Notes: generated by a model not told the origin, from the letters alone. 62,571 nt of DNA, filler included, from Choristocarpus tenellus KU-1152 (GCA_964200185.2; 12 parts of 12 records of this genome joined end to end with filler, not necessarily neighbours in it); one strand, 5' to 3'; counted from the whole stretch's first letter, positions 13,760 to 26,500 are shown. Translations and numbers: made by a program.

Positions 13760-16739
13760 CCGTCCCCCGGGCTCATGGGGGTGTGTCCTATTAAAGGGGA
13801 AGGGGGCAGTAACAACAGGGGGGGGAGGCGGGGGGCGGGGGGGGGGGAGGGATTAGGTATCTTGTAAGAGTCAGGTTTGTGTCATCACCACAATAAGAGG
13901 TAGCACAGAGCATGCATTTTGTCATGTTTTGCAGTGGTTTGGTATCAAAATTTCGGTAGATGGAGACAACATCCAGTATCTGCCTGTGTGACAGTAGTCT
14001 TCCACTATGTAATGGCCGCCCAGACCAGACCTTCATCAAAAGACCACCTAAAGCACACTGATGATAAAATAAAATTGCCACACACTGGGGATCTACATGG
14101 CCAAACTTTTCTTGTTCTTGCCATTTTTCCTGTCTAGCACTTACACATATTCTACCCTTTTGTAGAACTTGCACAATCATCATGGGACCATGGGATACTC
14201 TCCAACTTAGTTGAGATATGACTATGAACTGAGCCATGATCATTGGTTGCGTGAAGTCCAGCGGCCACACTTGAATTGAAACAACTATCAGTGCCACCTC
14301 TACTTGATAAGCTGTCATTACTATTATTATTACCATTATTTGTCACATTAGTCTGAGGGGTCCTAGGTCCATGGTCAAAAGATAGAGGAGAAGTAATAAG
14401 ACAATACTTGAAAAAACCCACAAAATACAGATTTTCCAGAAAAGGAAGGAGGAAACTCGATGTAGCACAGCCAGCAAGCACCCACCACGCACACCATTCG
14501 AGACTTTCTACAAGTCCATTTGTACCTTTGACCACAACAGTCAGCAACAAAAACATTCCACCAAAACAACATTGTATATGAAAGAGGAGGGGGCATCCAT
14601 GCCAAGTACAAGGTATGACCTGTGCCAGTACCACATGAATCAACATAACATAGTCAACAATGTTCTTCATCATGTACATTGTTTTTATACACACCAAGAG
14701 CTGTTGAGGTCTGTGGCATTGGAATTACAACCAATATATGTATATATATATATATATATATGGACAGTAGTAGAGAAACTCAGGAGAAGTTTCTACTGGT
14801 TTCAGATCTTTCCACCACAAAAATACTGGATACACAATGGTGTGTTGTGGTGTATCATGATGAGCCACCATGTCCTGAAAAATGTACATATTTGCGGACT
14901 ACTCACAAAAGTCTCGCAAGGAGTACAGGACTGCTTCACAACACAACAAAACTGGAGTCATCTGAACACATCTGGAGACCTCAGTACACTAGAACACCAC
15001 TCGCCCAAAATGCATCACAAGCAACAGCAGAATGGTTAGAGAGTTCGTCATACACATGCACAGATACGCAAAGAAGACTAACCTGCTGAATCCAGGAAGA
15101 GAGCTGTCATAGACATAGGACGCCACCCCTAAGACATCGAGGGCGAGCATTTCACTTCTCGCCTGGGTTGGGCGGGCTAGAGCCCCTCTTGGAACCACTT
15201 CTACTCTTCTGGTAGTCCCGTCCGTGAAGGCAAGAAGCAGCAAGAAGAAGGTCATTGGAATCAGCTTCGCCATGAAGAGGTCGTGAGGGGCCACAATGTA
15301 GACCGTGGCGTTCCGAGGGAGGTAGGGTGCAATATGTGAGTGCCGGCTATTGGCAGTGCGAAAACCAAGGTCAACCACAAGGAAATGGATAGGTGGGATG
15401 TCCATGCCATTCACCCATCAATTTTCCCGTTCAGAGAGGACCAGAGGAAGGGGTTCAGTGGGGGGGATGGGAAGGGAGACAGGGGGAGAAGTATTGTATG
15501 AGGTGGATAAGGGGGAGTTGAGAAGGGGGGTGGTGGAAGGGTTTGTCGAGTAGCATTACCAAAGCTGACCACTAGTGACCATAGAAGTAGCAACAAGAAA
15601 GATCTCTAACACGCTAATGGAGAAATGATGACCCAACTTGTGCTACAGTTGTATGCTTGGTGTCTTGTTCTTTGGGTGGCATGCACCCTGTCCTTGAATC
15701 CTACACTCCCTTCCCAGACCTGAGTCTTAGTCAGACTCCAGTTTTGGTTTGGGAGTAACTACACCAATCTTTAGAGGAGACAATCTGCAGTAGTCAGCTT
15801 GCTCTACCCCTGGCTGTTAAAGGATTTTGCAAGTCAAACTTAATACCTTGAAAGGTGACATTCGTGGGCCCCTGGAACTGACAGAATACCGCACCACACA
15901 ACTACTCCACCAGCCCCATCATCAACCCTATTGACAACTCTAGTACTAGTCCTACTGTAGTGCCCGACTTAATCATAGCCCTTAGAGCTTAATTGACCTA
16001 TTCTATCAACCTCCAAATTTCAATGCTCATCCGAAACTCTAGGGGAGTACCAAACTTCTCTCTTTCATCATGCTAAACCATACACATGAACCGACCCTTC
16101 ACTTTCATCCCAACACGAGCCCCACCTGACATAGTACTCGCTAATGTGGAACCAGTGGTTGCTGTCGAAGTATCGATAGGGGAAGCTGAGGCTCATCGCG
16201 ACCTCAGTCCCGGAGTCCATTGCCTCTAGACTCTCCACAGTACATGGGCAAGGCACAAGGGTGCCTGCCCCACTAGAGCGTTCCGGGGGAACAAACCTTT
16301 GAGACTAATTGAAATGAAAAATGAAAGGGTAATTTAAGGAGACGTTGGCAATGGATAGGGGTCAGAAAATCTTGCAGTTCCCTCCTGCTTATCGGCGTCG
16401 GCTGATTACAAACAAATCTTATCCTACGGATGTCCGACCCACAGGTTTGGTCACTGGGATTTCTATATCTGTGCCAGAGATTACTAGAAAATATTGAAGA
16501 GTAGCTGAGGTGATACATTAGAATCCAGAATGTGGCGGTTATAAAGCCGGTTTTGAGGATTGAGGACATGGGCAAAGCGAGTATCGCTTGGAAATGTAAA
16601 ATGTTGTTAGAAGGGTCTTCAAACTCACCGTGCTTGGGCTGAAGTGGAACACATTTGCAAGGTGCAACAGGAACATCGAGTAGGCCGCCATCACCACTGT
16701 AGTGATCACCAGGTACGGAAAGCATGCAAGGCGTACCAT
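13760..16739 (-). CDS. Type-II membrane protein, possibly GT61-like glycosyltransferase; exons 16739-16629, 16304-16126, 15346-15083, 13787-13760 (runs off contig)
   Basis: Four phase-compatible GT-AG exons: MVRLACFPYLVITTVVMAAYSMFLLHLA (TM anchor)...FDSNHWFHISEYYVSRHSHIAPYLPRNATVYIVAPHDLFMAKL...; an in-frame upstream ATG also exists at 16865. Family call rests only on an NxxH motif resembling GT61 and is tentative. Confidence 0.65.
13900..15050 (+). mobile_element. Degenerate Ty3/gypsy pol relic (RNase H to integrase Zn region) in intron 3 of the minus-strand gene
   Basis: VEKLRRSFYWFQI...KYWI resembles the gypsy integrase HHCC region (LRxxFYWP); heavily disrupted. Confidence 0.5.
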
Positions 16740-17110
16740 CTTGGACTGATATATCGGGCAGGGGACCGTACCCACTGCAACTGAATGGCCAACTTCTCGA
16801 TGCCTACTTCGACGATACAAGACCTTGTTCTTGATTGGAAACAGAAGGGCTCCTAAAGGGCGCATATATGGCTATGCTCTCATCCTCTCACCCCTCACCA
16901 TCCTCCAAAATCGATTTGCCTTCATTTCGTTTGAATTTGCTCAAACGTAACGATGAGTACTGATACTACTTCTGTTCTGAACCATTCTGGAAGTGGTTCA
17001 AAGCCTGTTCTTCCAAAAAAAAAACTTCGATCAATCCACACCAATCTTCAGTATCCCAACAATATCCACTCCAAATAATAATCTGCTATTTCCTTAAGGA
17101 TTAGACCAGT

Positions 17111-19716
17111 ATGCACTACCTACCCCACCTTCTGATAGGAACAGCTCTCCTCCTAACCTCTGCACTCCGTCAAGAGAGTTTCCCGCAAGATGTTACAAAA
17201 AATATACTGAACGAGGTTCAACAAGGCACACCAGACACACATGGTGTTCAGTTGAGAATCGCTTTTCCGAAGCCCGGAGATGGCGTTATTCCCTCGTCGA
17301 ACAGTAGGCAGATCAGTATCGATGTGCAAGTTAGTGTGTGGAGGGGTGGGGTGACCATACTTGCAGAAGGGCACCTATGTTTTGATATAGGAGCTAAACG
17401 ACAGTGTTTACCAATGCCGAAAGAATCTCTTGCGAACAACTCCCTAGTGAAGTCAACGATCCATGTCACTGAAAGTCGGGAGAAGGAGAAACTTCAGGCC
17501 TTACTACTCAGGGATGATGGACAGGTGAGATGCTTCTAGTGTCACAGAGCACGGCTGTATTGCATAGGACGCTTGGTGGACCCGTACGAAAGATTGCATA
17601 GCATTACTGATGAAGTCACGTTCTGTACAGGCTGCCAATTTTTCACCATCGTACTTCATACACCAAACAGGTGCTGGCAAGGTCTCCTTCAATTGAGGTA
17701 GAAATATTGTCTGTTGCTCCCCTGTTCCCCTCTACGCGGCCCCTGGAACCTTCCCTTCCCTATAATAGTGAATACAGGCGTAGATTCCTACCAATCGATT
17801 CTCCTTGGGAGACCCTCCGCCCGTCTGGGTGTTCCCCTGGCAGAAGGGGCCAACCCGTGAAGTTAGCAGTGGGCGTTGTATCTGGTGCAAGCAACATCGC
17901 TCGTCGCAAGGTAGTTCGCGAGACTTGGCTTTCTTTCCTGGACAGAAGGTTGGGCAGGGGGGCTGTTCAGTACCGTTTCTTCATCGGCATCCCCAGGACA
18001 TCGTATTCTGCAGAACTTGTAGTGCCTGGTGAGATAGTAAGAGAAATCGAGGAGCATGGGGATGTCGTGGTCATGGGTCATGAAGACACCTACGCCAGCA
18101 TCTACTACAGAGCCTTAGGCATCTTCCGCTGGGGAGTAGAAAGTTGTGATGCAGACTTCGTCATGAGGTGGGTATCCACAGTGATGAGGAACCAATGTGA
18201 GGAACCAATATTGCTAGGATGGGTCGAAACGAGATTTTCCCAACTGAAAATGATAAACTCTACATCCTAAGCGCGGACAAAAGAACCAACAAGGTAGATT
18301 GTATACAGATACAATACCTGCATTATAATCTCATTACAAGACGTATCGTGAAACCCAAAGACCAACTTATCCCTTTCCATGATCCCCATCAAGCAATCAT
18401 CCCCTGACTTATTGCCTTTCTGTCGTCTTTGATTTCCACAGTTATTACTCCATGACTATTCCTTATGCCTTCATCCGTCAGGGCCAATGATGATGTTTAC
18501 ATCATGCTTCATTTGCTGATGGAGCATCTGTCCAAACAAAGACCATTTGCCGTCTACATGGGGTTCTTCATCCAAGACGTTCGTATGTGCCGGCCCAAGG
18601 ACAGTTGTGAAGAAGTTGTGGGCTGTGGTTCAGGAAGTGAAGGAGGGGGGACATTGGACGACAAGAGCCTCTGCTTCTCAGTCTCCCACTACCCTGCTAA
18701 CAAGTATCCTTCCATGTTTGCACAAGGCAACGCCATCATCCTCTCTGGTGATATTGCAGAGGTTAGTCGCCCTTACCTTTGGGATATATCCACTTTTATC
18801 ATGTTTTTGTGCTATCTCCTGTATCCAAGTAGGTGATAAAACAAGGCAGGCACGGCTATCTCATACTGGTACCAAGCGAGCATGCCACCCTCTTATTTAC
18901 AAACGGTAAAGTAGATGGTTCAAGTCTCTCATTATACTGAAAAACCAATGTAGAGGATACACAAGACTGCAAAGGTAATTCCTTGGACCATGTAGAACCA
19001 TTAGAAGGAGAAAATATACATATGCGAACCATTAGGATACTGTGGAGGGGAATCGTGGAAGAGCATTTTATGTTATGTTTATTGTAGCAGGGCAATACTA
19101 TTTTCTAGAATTTTCGACTGGAAAATTTGGTGCCATACTCTGGAGTATATTGTGGGAATCCTCCAAGGAAAAATCTAAATTTTCATTTCCAATTCATGCT
19201 ACCTGCGGAAAGCAAAAATATCTTACGTTGTTGATGAGAAGACAAGCAGTAGCACATCCGAGATGTTTTGAAAATTGACAAACCTAATATATTTAAGTTA
19301 ATCAGATCACTGTGTTACTTGAATACAAAGAACTAGCACTGTGAAGCTTCAGAGGGGGGATACACTGGTTTGAATCCCCCTGTCCTATTCCACTTCCCCT
19401 GCCCTGTCAGTTGTTCCTAATCTGCGAAAATCCTCTACATATCATGTACTTGTGACACCAGGCAGTTGGGGCAATTGCTGATCAGCCCTGGCGAGCGCCA
19501 ATGCCAGACGACGTTGCAGTGGCTATGGTTGCACACTCTCGAGGGGCAAACTTGCATGCACTGGATGCCAGCTGGTCATCAGACGAGAGGCCAGTGGAAT
19601 GCCATGGGGGTGCTGCGCTACACTTTGATATGGAGGAGATGCCAATAAGGAGGATGCATGAGAATATCCAAGCAGGTCGGGATGTATGCCAGGAGGTGGA
19701 AAAATGGAGAGTGTGA
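17111..19716 (+). CDS. GT31-family (beta-1,3-galactosyltransferase-like) glycosyltransferase, 481 aa; exons 17111-17524, 17671-18167, 18482-18761, 19462-19716
   Basis: Canonical GT-AG introns, exon lengths sum to 1446 nt in frame. Motifs: LAVGVVSGASNIARRKVVRETW, YRFFIG, EIEEHGDVV...EDTY, DFVMRANDDVY, YPSMFAQGNAIILSGD, PDDVAV; N-terminal signal-like hydrophobic segment. Confidence 0.9.
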
Positions 19717-20300
19717 CAAACCAGCAATAGGCTTGGAAGGACCTTCGACTATAAATCTATCCCCATCTTTGTGCACGCTTCTTTTGTGAGGTATTCAATC
19801 TGTTGTCAAATAGTTTTGAAACAGCGCATATGTCTTGCGAGCTGATGGACAGGATCATCACTCAAATTCAGGTCAGAACAATTCGTGACCAGCACTAGAA
19901 CTACTGACCACCACCTTCACCCTCCTCCCTCTATCTAAGATCAGAACCAAAAGAGATGTGTAGCACTACAGAAAGCAACAGCTAACTCTGTAGCACTACA
20001 AATACGATACACAAATCTAATCCTGGCCTGTTTTGGGGTGAAGGACCACCCAGCACCCAATCCTCCTCATGCACCCCGACCCAGGTGAGCTCCACACGGC
20101 CAAGATATAACACTGCGGCTATTTTTTGTCACATTATAAATTGAACTCATGTGTGATATGCCCCCCTCCCCCCCCCACTCTCCTCCACAGGCTGACAGGA
20201 GCATCACCTGAGAGTTGGTCTCTGTAATACTAGTGTGATACTAGTGCATAGGGTCCCTTGATTGGGCATCCGTCCATACCTCACCAGTCTAGCTAGATAT

Positions 20301-20558
20301 GAGTCAAAGTATCTTAGAGTTTAGAGCTGCGTCCATTTGGGGGCCAAAATCCAATATTGCAATTTGATGTAATTTTGGCTGTTGTGTTTATAACGATATG
20401 TCAATATCCTTGTTCCGGACACTCATTTTAATAACGTACACATTTTACCTATTCCAAAACGTTTTGGAGTAGGTGAAATGTCATTAAAATCCTGTGGGAA
20501 GCTAAGCCCCAAATGGACAAACAGGGAAAAACTCGTACCCTCTACGATACTTTCACTC
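20301..20558 (+). mobile_element. MITE family B, full-length copy (258 bp)
   Basis: Imperfect TIR GAGTCAAAGTATCTTAGAG...CTCTACGATACTTTCACTC; 3-bp TSD TAT at 20298-20300 and 20559-20561. Partial copies at 43063-43124 (-) and 53185-53262 (+). Confidence 0.9.
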
Positions 20559-21915
20559 TATCGAAAACGACCACAGCTCATACCTATGTACTCCGTACTG
20601 TTTATAATAGATGCACAAAATAAGAAAGAATGCTTCAAAACGTAAAGTATTTACTCTACTCACAACTCGTTTGTGGTACATGCATATGAACGTACCCCAA
20701 GGCACATAATCAGTACGAAGTACTATGAAGTATTTACTCATCATATGATGGTGATAATATTCTATGTGGTGTAGGCAAATCTACCCTGAGCACGGCACAA
20801 ATTTCATTGACCTAGTCACAGACATAGCTCTATCGTTCAGGGTGACACCACTTCACCAAAAGACAAACCGGGTATAACAGGCTTGTTAATTTGTTCAAGA
20901 TGACAAAATTAAAACAACACTCTGGCCAAACTTGATATCTCCGGAGTGGAGAATTCAAAGATCAGTCAGACTGGCATTGATACTGGGTAAGGCTCAAAGT
21001 ATCTGGGGGGGGGTGGCGGCTGTCCATTTGGGGCTAATTTTTTCATGTCGCGATTTTTGGGTGATTTGGTTGCATACATTGGATGGATAATGTAAGTGCT
21101 CTTTTCCTGGTTATGGCCCAAATGGACACCCTGGTGTAGACCCCCCCCCCCCCTCTCCCCAGAAACCTCTTGCCTCAGACTCTACCTAGTTTGNNNNNNN
21201 NNNNNNNNNNNNNNNNNNNNNNNNNNNNNNNNNNNNNTTAATTAATTAANNNNNNNNNNNNNNNNNNNNNNNNNNNNNNNNNNNNNNNNNNNNCCCGCGG
21301 TTAGTGGAATAGAGCACCAATCAAGGCAGGGGGGGGGGGGCAAACACAGCAAGGTGCCACCACTAGCAGCTTCGCCTCCTGCAAGTTGTAGACTGAATCT
21401 GTAATTAGCCCTGACTATTACGGGAATGCAAAGGGGGAAATATGTGGCATACCAACCAGATCGACTTGTGTAGAGGTGCACATAGTTGTTGAAAAACAAT
21501 TATGTTGAATCATCCTATCTTAGATTGGGGTTTCGTTGAGTAGAGGGGGCCCTGTCATTGCCTCCAAGTAAATGTGGTTCTAGCACAGGGGAGACCGATT
21601 TCGCACTTGTGTAGATGAATATCCATCTCCTCTCCTACAATCAACATCTCTTAAGGGGGCCTAGCTGAATTTCAGGCATGGGAAATTGGGCGTCAGGTAG
21701 TAGAGTGTCCACATAAAATGCTCAAAAAGGGCCTAAATAGACTCCCCTCTACGATAGGATGGCTCACCACTATATATGCTATTCCTCTTTCCAGAGCATT
21801 TATGTATTGAACCGTTTCGTACCTAGTCATCAGATTTATTACGAATCCGTCACTTTGAGACAAGCATATCACTAGCTAACATCGTTGTTGACGGCACTGT
21901 TCTGGAGTTGAAGCG

Positions 21916-22150
21916 ACATTTTAAAGTGCTTTGATCAACAAGAATAATCACGAAGTAAATAAACATTTCAAGATGAGAGTGCTGGCATGACATATCCATC
22001 GGTCACTGGAATATGTTGAACGCCTGCCTATACATTTTTAAGTGTTTTATTCAACAAGAATAATCACGAAGTAATAAACATTTCAAGATGAGAGTGCTGG
22101 CATGACATATCCGTCAGTCACTGGAATATGTTGAACGCCTGCCTATACAT
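21916..22150. repeat. 116-bp tandem duplication downstream of the FNIP gene
   Basis: ACATTTT...CAACAAGAATAATCACGAAG...GAACGCCTGCCTAT at 21916 and 22032, near-identical. Confidence 0.9.
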
Positions 22151-22386
22151 CCAGCAGGATGAAGGGCAAAATGTTTAGGTCCACCATATCCAGCCCACCC
22201 ATCTTGGCAATAAAGAAGCCGAGTCGTTAACAGCAGCCCACCCTTTAATATAATCATTGCAGAGTTTACATGGTAGTTACAATTCTTCTTGCACTGGTGG
22301 TGCCGAATACTATATCCCTTCCTCCAATGTACTCTTCCAACACTCTAGCTGAAGTCCACAACAATTGAATGCATCATACTTCACAA

Positions 22387-23583
22387 TCAAAATGTAATCA
22401 AAGTGAGCCCAGCTGGCCACACTATTCCAGTCAGCTCCTGGTTGAAGGCATATCCAAACGTAACTCGCTTAAGGCTTGATGGCCATATCACAGTGTCTAC
22501 TGGCTGGTTGAAGAAATATCCAAACGTCAAGAACTGGAGGCCTGGAGGCCACACCACACTACAAATAGTCTTGTTAAAACAAGTTCCAAAGTTTAAATGC
22601 CTCAAACCTGATGGCCAAATCACCCCACTTATATGCTGATTGAAACAAGTCCCAAAGGTCAGGAACTGAAGCCCTTCAGGCCACACAACCTCGTCAACTG
22701 CATGATCAAAGTTAGATCCAAAAATCATTTTTTGGAGCCCTGCTGGCCACAGCACCTCACCCACTGCTTGGTTGAAGCTCTTCCCAAAGGTCAACTGCAG
22801 GAGCCCTGCTGACCACGCCACGCCTTCCACTTTCTTGTTAAAACACCATCCAAAGGTTAACTGCAGGAGCCCTGCAGGCCACATCACCCCATCAATTGCA
22901 TGGTTGAAGTCATGCCCAAAGGTTAGCTGCTGGAGACCTATGGGCCACACGACCTCTTCAATTGGTTGGTTGAAGCATTTACCAAATTTTAGTTTCTGGA
23001 GCGTTGTTGGCCATACTACCCCCGCAACCTCTCGGTTAAACATTTCTCCAAAGGTCAGCTGTAGGAGTCCATCTGGCCACACCACTCCAGCCACAGACTG
23101 GTTGAAGCTCCTTCCAAAGGTCAGTTTCTGGAGCGTTGCCGGCCATATCACCCTACCTAGGACCTGATTAAAACGCCATCCAAATGCGAGCTGCCGTAGA
23201 CCAGTCGGCAATATCACACCATCAACCGCTTGGTTGAAGCCATGTCCGAAGGTGAGCTTGTGAAGATCTTTCGGCCAAAGCTTGAAAGGTATCCTCCTTT
23301 TGCAAGTTCCTTGCAGGGTTAGCTTTCGGAGATCCCATGTGAGCTCACAGATGCGTAGGGGTGGAACACGCGATAAAATGCACGACCGTGTCGAGATCTG
23401 CCGGCGTTTCCTGTCCTCGAACAGTCGGCGTGGTGTCCCATCAGAGACCATGACATGAAATCCTCTCTTTGTTCCACGACATTCCTCGCACACTACCAAG
23501 CTAGTCAATTGAAGGTGCTTAATCTGTTCAGATTGGAACCAACCACACTCTAACATAATCCCAAGCACTCTCAGTAAATCCAT
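22387..23583 (-). CDS. Intronless FNIP-repeat (LRR-like) protein, 398 aa
   Basis: Intact ORF; 13 tandem 22-aa repeats with consensus LQQLTFGxxFNQxVxGVVWPxG after a roughly 100-aa non-repeat N-terminus. Confidence 0.92.
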   Translation of the reverse strand: MDLLRVLGIMLECGWFQSEQIKHLQLTSLVVCEECRGTKRGFHVMVSDGTPRRLFEDRKRRQISTRSCILSRVPPLRICELTWDLRKLTLQGTCKRRIPFKLWPKDLHKLTFGHGFNQAVDGVILPTGLRQLAFGWRFNQVLGRVIWPATLQKLTFGRSFNQSVAGVVWPDGLLQLTFGEMFNREVAGVVWPTTLQKLKFGKCFNQPIEEVVWPIGLQQLTFGHDFNHAIDGVMWPAGLLQLTFGWCFNKKVEGVAWSAGLLQLTFGKSFNQAVGEVLWPAGLQKMIFGSNFDHAVDEVVWPEGLQFLTFGTCFNQHISGVIWPSGLRHLNFGTCFNKTICSVVWPPGLQFLTFGYFFNQPVDTVIWPSSLKRVTFGYAFNQELTGIVWPAGLTLITF

Positions 23584-26500
23584 GCCCTCTTGGACTGGAC
23601 GGGAATCCAGGTTGCACTATCGACAACACCTCAACATGTGTTTCCCTCTTATCGAAAACGATTCGAATGACTCTTTAAGGTATACAGAAAAGGGTACTGA
23701 ATAGTGACAGATAAACATTTTCAAGCATCATTTTCAGGTATATGAACAAAAAGGGTACTTAGTGATCCGCATTTTCCTTATGAAAATAATTAGTAGAGGT
23801 TATGATAATAAATATGTTGATTATTCATCTGTAGTTGTGACTATTGAACATTAAGGTACCTTTCTCCATGTATGTCAACAGTATTGTCAAGGACAGGTTA
23901 CCTTTCTTGGGATCTCCGATATTGATGAGGATAATACGCGCGGCCATATACATTTACGCGCGTCACCTTTTGTGATTGAGCCAAACCCAAGTAAGTGATG
24001 TGGTGTGGGTCAGACGCACGAATGGCACGCGGTAACCCAGACATGAACGGTGGTTTTCTAACCAGCAAAGTCGAGATTGTGTTTCCTGTTCTGACTGGTC
24101 ACAACCAATCACATTGAAGATTGATCCACATGGCATTCTGAGGTTGTCAACATACATCCAGCATGCCTCAGTCTCATATTTCACTTCCTTTCTGCACCTC
24201 ATCTCTCGTGGTTCTCATCACCCCCCATCACACAGAACCAGGCATCATTACAGTATGTATAATATATTTATAGGTAGAAATAGATGTGACAGTTTCATCT
24301 GTTACAGGCTGAAGTTTATTCCATATACAAGTATACCTATATCTGTTGACTTGATATTCATCGTTCTCGTTGGACCTTTTGACTGTCAGAGTATCCCAGG
24401 AGAGTGCTGTACAAGCATCAGTGCCATCTACAGGCCTGTGGATTGGAGCTATACATCCCGTGGAGGAAAGCTTTGGAGCTTGCTGTAACACATCTCCGTG
24501 ATGATGTTGATGTTTGGGGAAATTGTGGTTGGAAGACGGAAGGAAGCAACGTGGATTAGAAGAGAAGAAATAATGTGGTGGATATTATATGCATTGAGGA
24601 GAACCTTCTTTGAGGAGAGTTTCTTTGGGACTATGGTTGAGGGATAGAGTACAACCAGGGCCATCAACCAAAACAACAGGTGGTAGAACAAGTGTGTGTG
24701 GCTGCTGAGACAGCAAGCTTCATGGAAGAATTATATTTCCAAGCAAGCTGTGATAATAGCTGGGGTATGCATCATGAAAAAGCAGCAGTTAAGAAGGTCA
24801 GTTGGCCAAGCAACCAACACCACCGATCAATATCACTGTTTTTAAATGGTGCTTTCTCGTTACATTCTCTCCATATTGTTTTTAGGGTTGATTTTTCTTG
24901 CATCCCTTTTATTTCCCTTTCATTTCTTATCGTACGACAAGTGATGGGTCATGTTCTTCATCCTTGATCAACGTTATATATCTCGAGTTTTTTGTTTATG
25001 TAATGGATTCACGCGCGTTTTTTTCTTTTTTATTATTTCACTGCTTTTCTTTTTTGTGGTAGTATTTGTTAAACAGTGTTTATTTCCTTCTTTACACTAC
25101 CTTTTCAATCACGAGTCTGGGATTTCTCTCAGATTAGTAACGTGATCAACATTAAATGGCAACAATAGTAATAATAGGATCACAAATTCAAGAACGAAAA
25201 CACAAAACTAGAGGCCAGCATCACACTCCTCTTATTTCTACATACCTACTGCGATTTCAGGATATCAAACCTACCCGAGTCAGACGAAAATAGCAAACAG
25301 GTGGGCCCAGGAGGGTATAACTCTCTCTTCTAATGGAAGCAATAATAGGTAGGTATGAGGTGACGAGGCACGGAAGATTGAAGAAGTTAATTGGTGTTTA
25401 TAGTGGTTTTGAATCAAACACTGACAATGAGTCCTATAATAATAGTTAGTAACTATTGAACATACATTTGGGAGGAGATTGGTGTTTTGAAACAACTGAT
25501 TGGTTGAGTTCATGGATTTACAGGGTTGAATGCTTGGTTAATAATCAGGCGGTACTAAATTTTGGTTTTAGGCAATTTGGTTGGGGGGAAATGTGTGGCT
25601 TTTTTGTCAAATTTCCAGGTGTAGGTGTGGTAGTCCTCATTTTTGCATGGATGTTTGTTGGTGCAGGGTCATTGATGAGCTTGATTGCCTTCCTTAGTTG
25701 TAGAATGTATAGGTTGATCGCAACAAAAGTGATAAATTACACTCCTGAAGTTCTACACATTGAATAAGAAGGGTCCTGTTCCCCAAATTAATTTGGGGGT
25801 AACCGACCCCACCTTCTGTTTTTCATATAATTATTCTGGTTTCCGTTATCCAGGGTCCACATGGCAAGCACTACGGACTGTGCACTTGTGCTATCCTACC
25901 TGTCAACATGCCATAATATATTGCAGGACAAAAACAAAGGTAGCAAGAAGGCTTCATTGCAGAACGGCAGGAAGGTGTCCTCCTTCCTCACTCAGTTGTC
26001 ACTTGAAGACTACCAAAATGACAGCACTGCTGCAAAACGACTGCTGCAACGGTGATGAAGTCCGGTTGAAACCCACAAAAGGTACTGAGTACCCCAACGC
26101 CAGGATTGTTTGTGTTGCACTAGTAACTCGTCACTGACTCTATTTTGAACCTCAATATACAGCTCGAGAAGCACCTTACTGGAAGATGTGTCCAGGGGTG
26201 ACTCGAAGTATCTGGGAGGGGGTTGCGGCTGTCCATCTGGGGGCATTTTTTTCATGTCTCGATAATTGGGTGATTTGGTTCCTTACGTTTGATGGATAAT
26301 GAAAGTGCACTTTTCCTGGTTTGGTCCAAATGGACACTCTGGTATAGATCCCCCCCCCCCCCNNNNNNNNNNNNNNNNNNNNNNNNNNNNNNNNNNNNNN
26401 NNNNNNTTAATTAATTAANNNNNNNNNNNNNNNNNNNNNNNNNNNNNNNNNNNNNNNNNNNNTAGGGGCAAAAGCTCCACTCTTGAGTCGAAAGGGCCTC

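Noticed and set aside
22403-23167. Repetitive plus-strand ORFs
   Set aside because: Antisense shadows of the FNIP repeats.
23936-23963. ACGCGCG...CGCGCGT hairpin upstream of FNIP as a Helitron end
   Set aside because: Only a 7-bp stem and no CTRR terminus at the expected distance.
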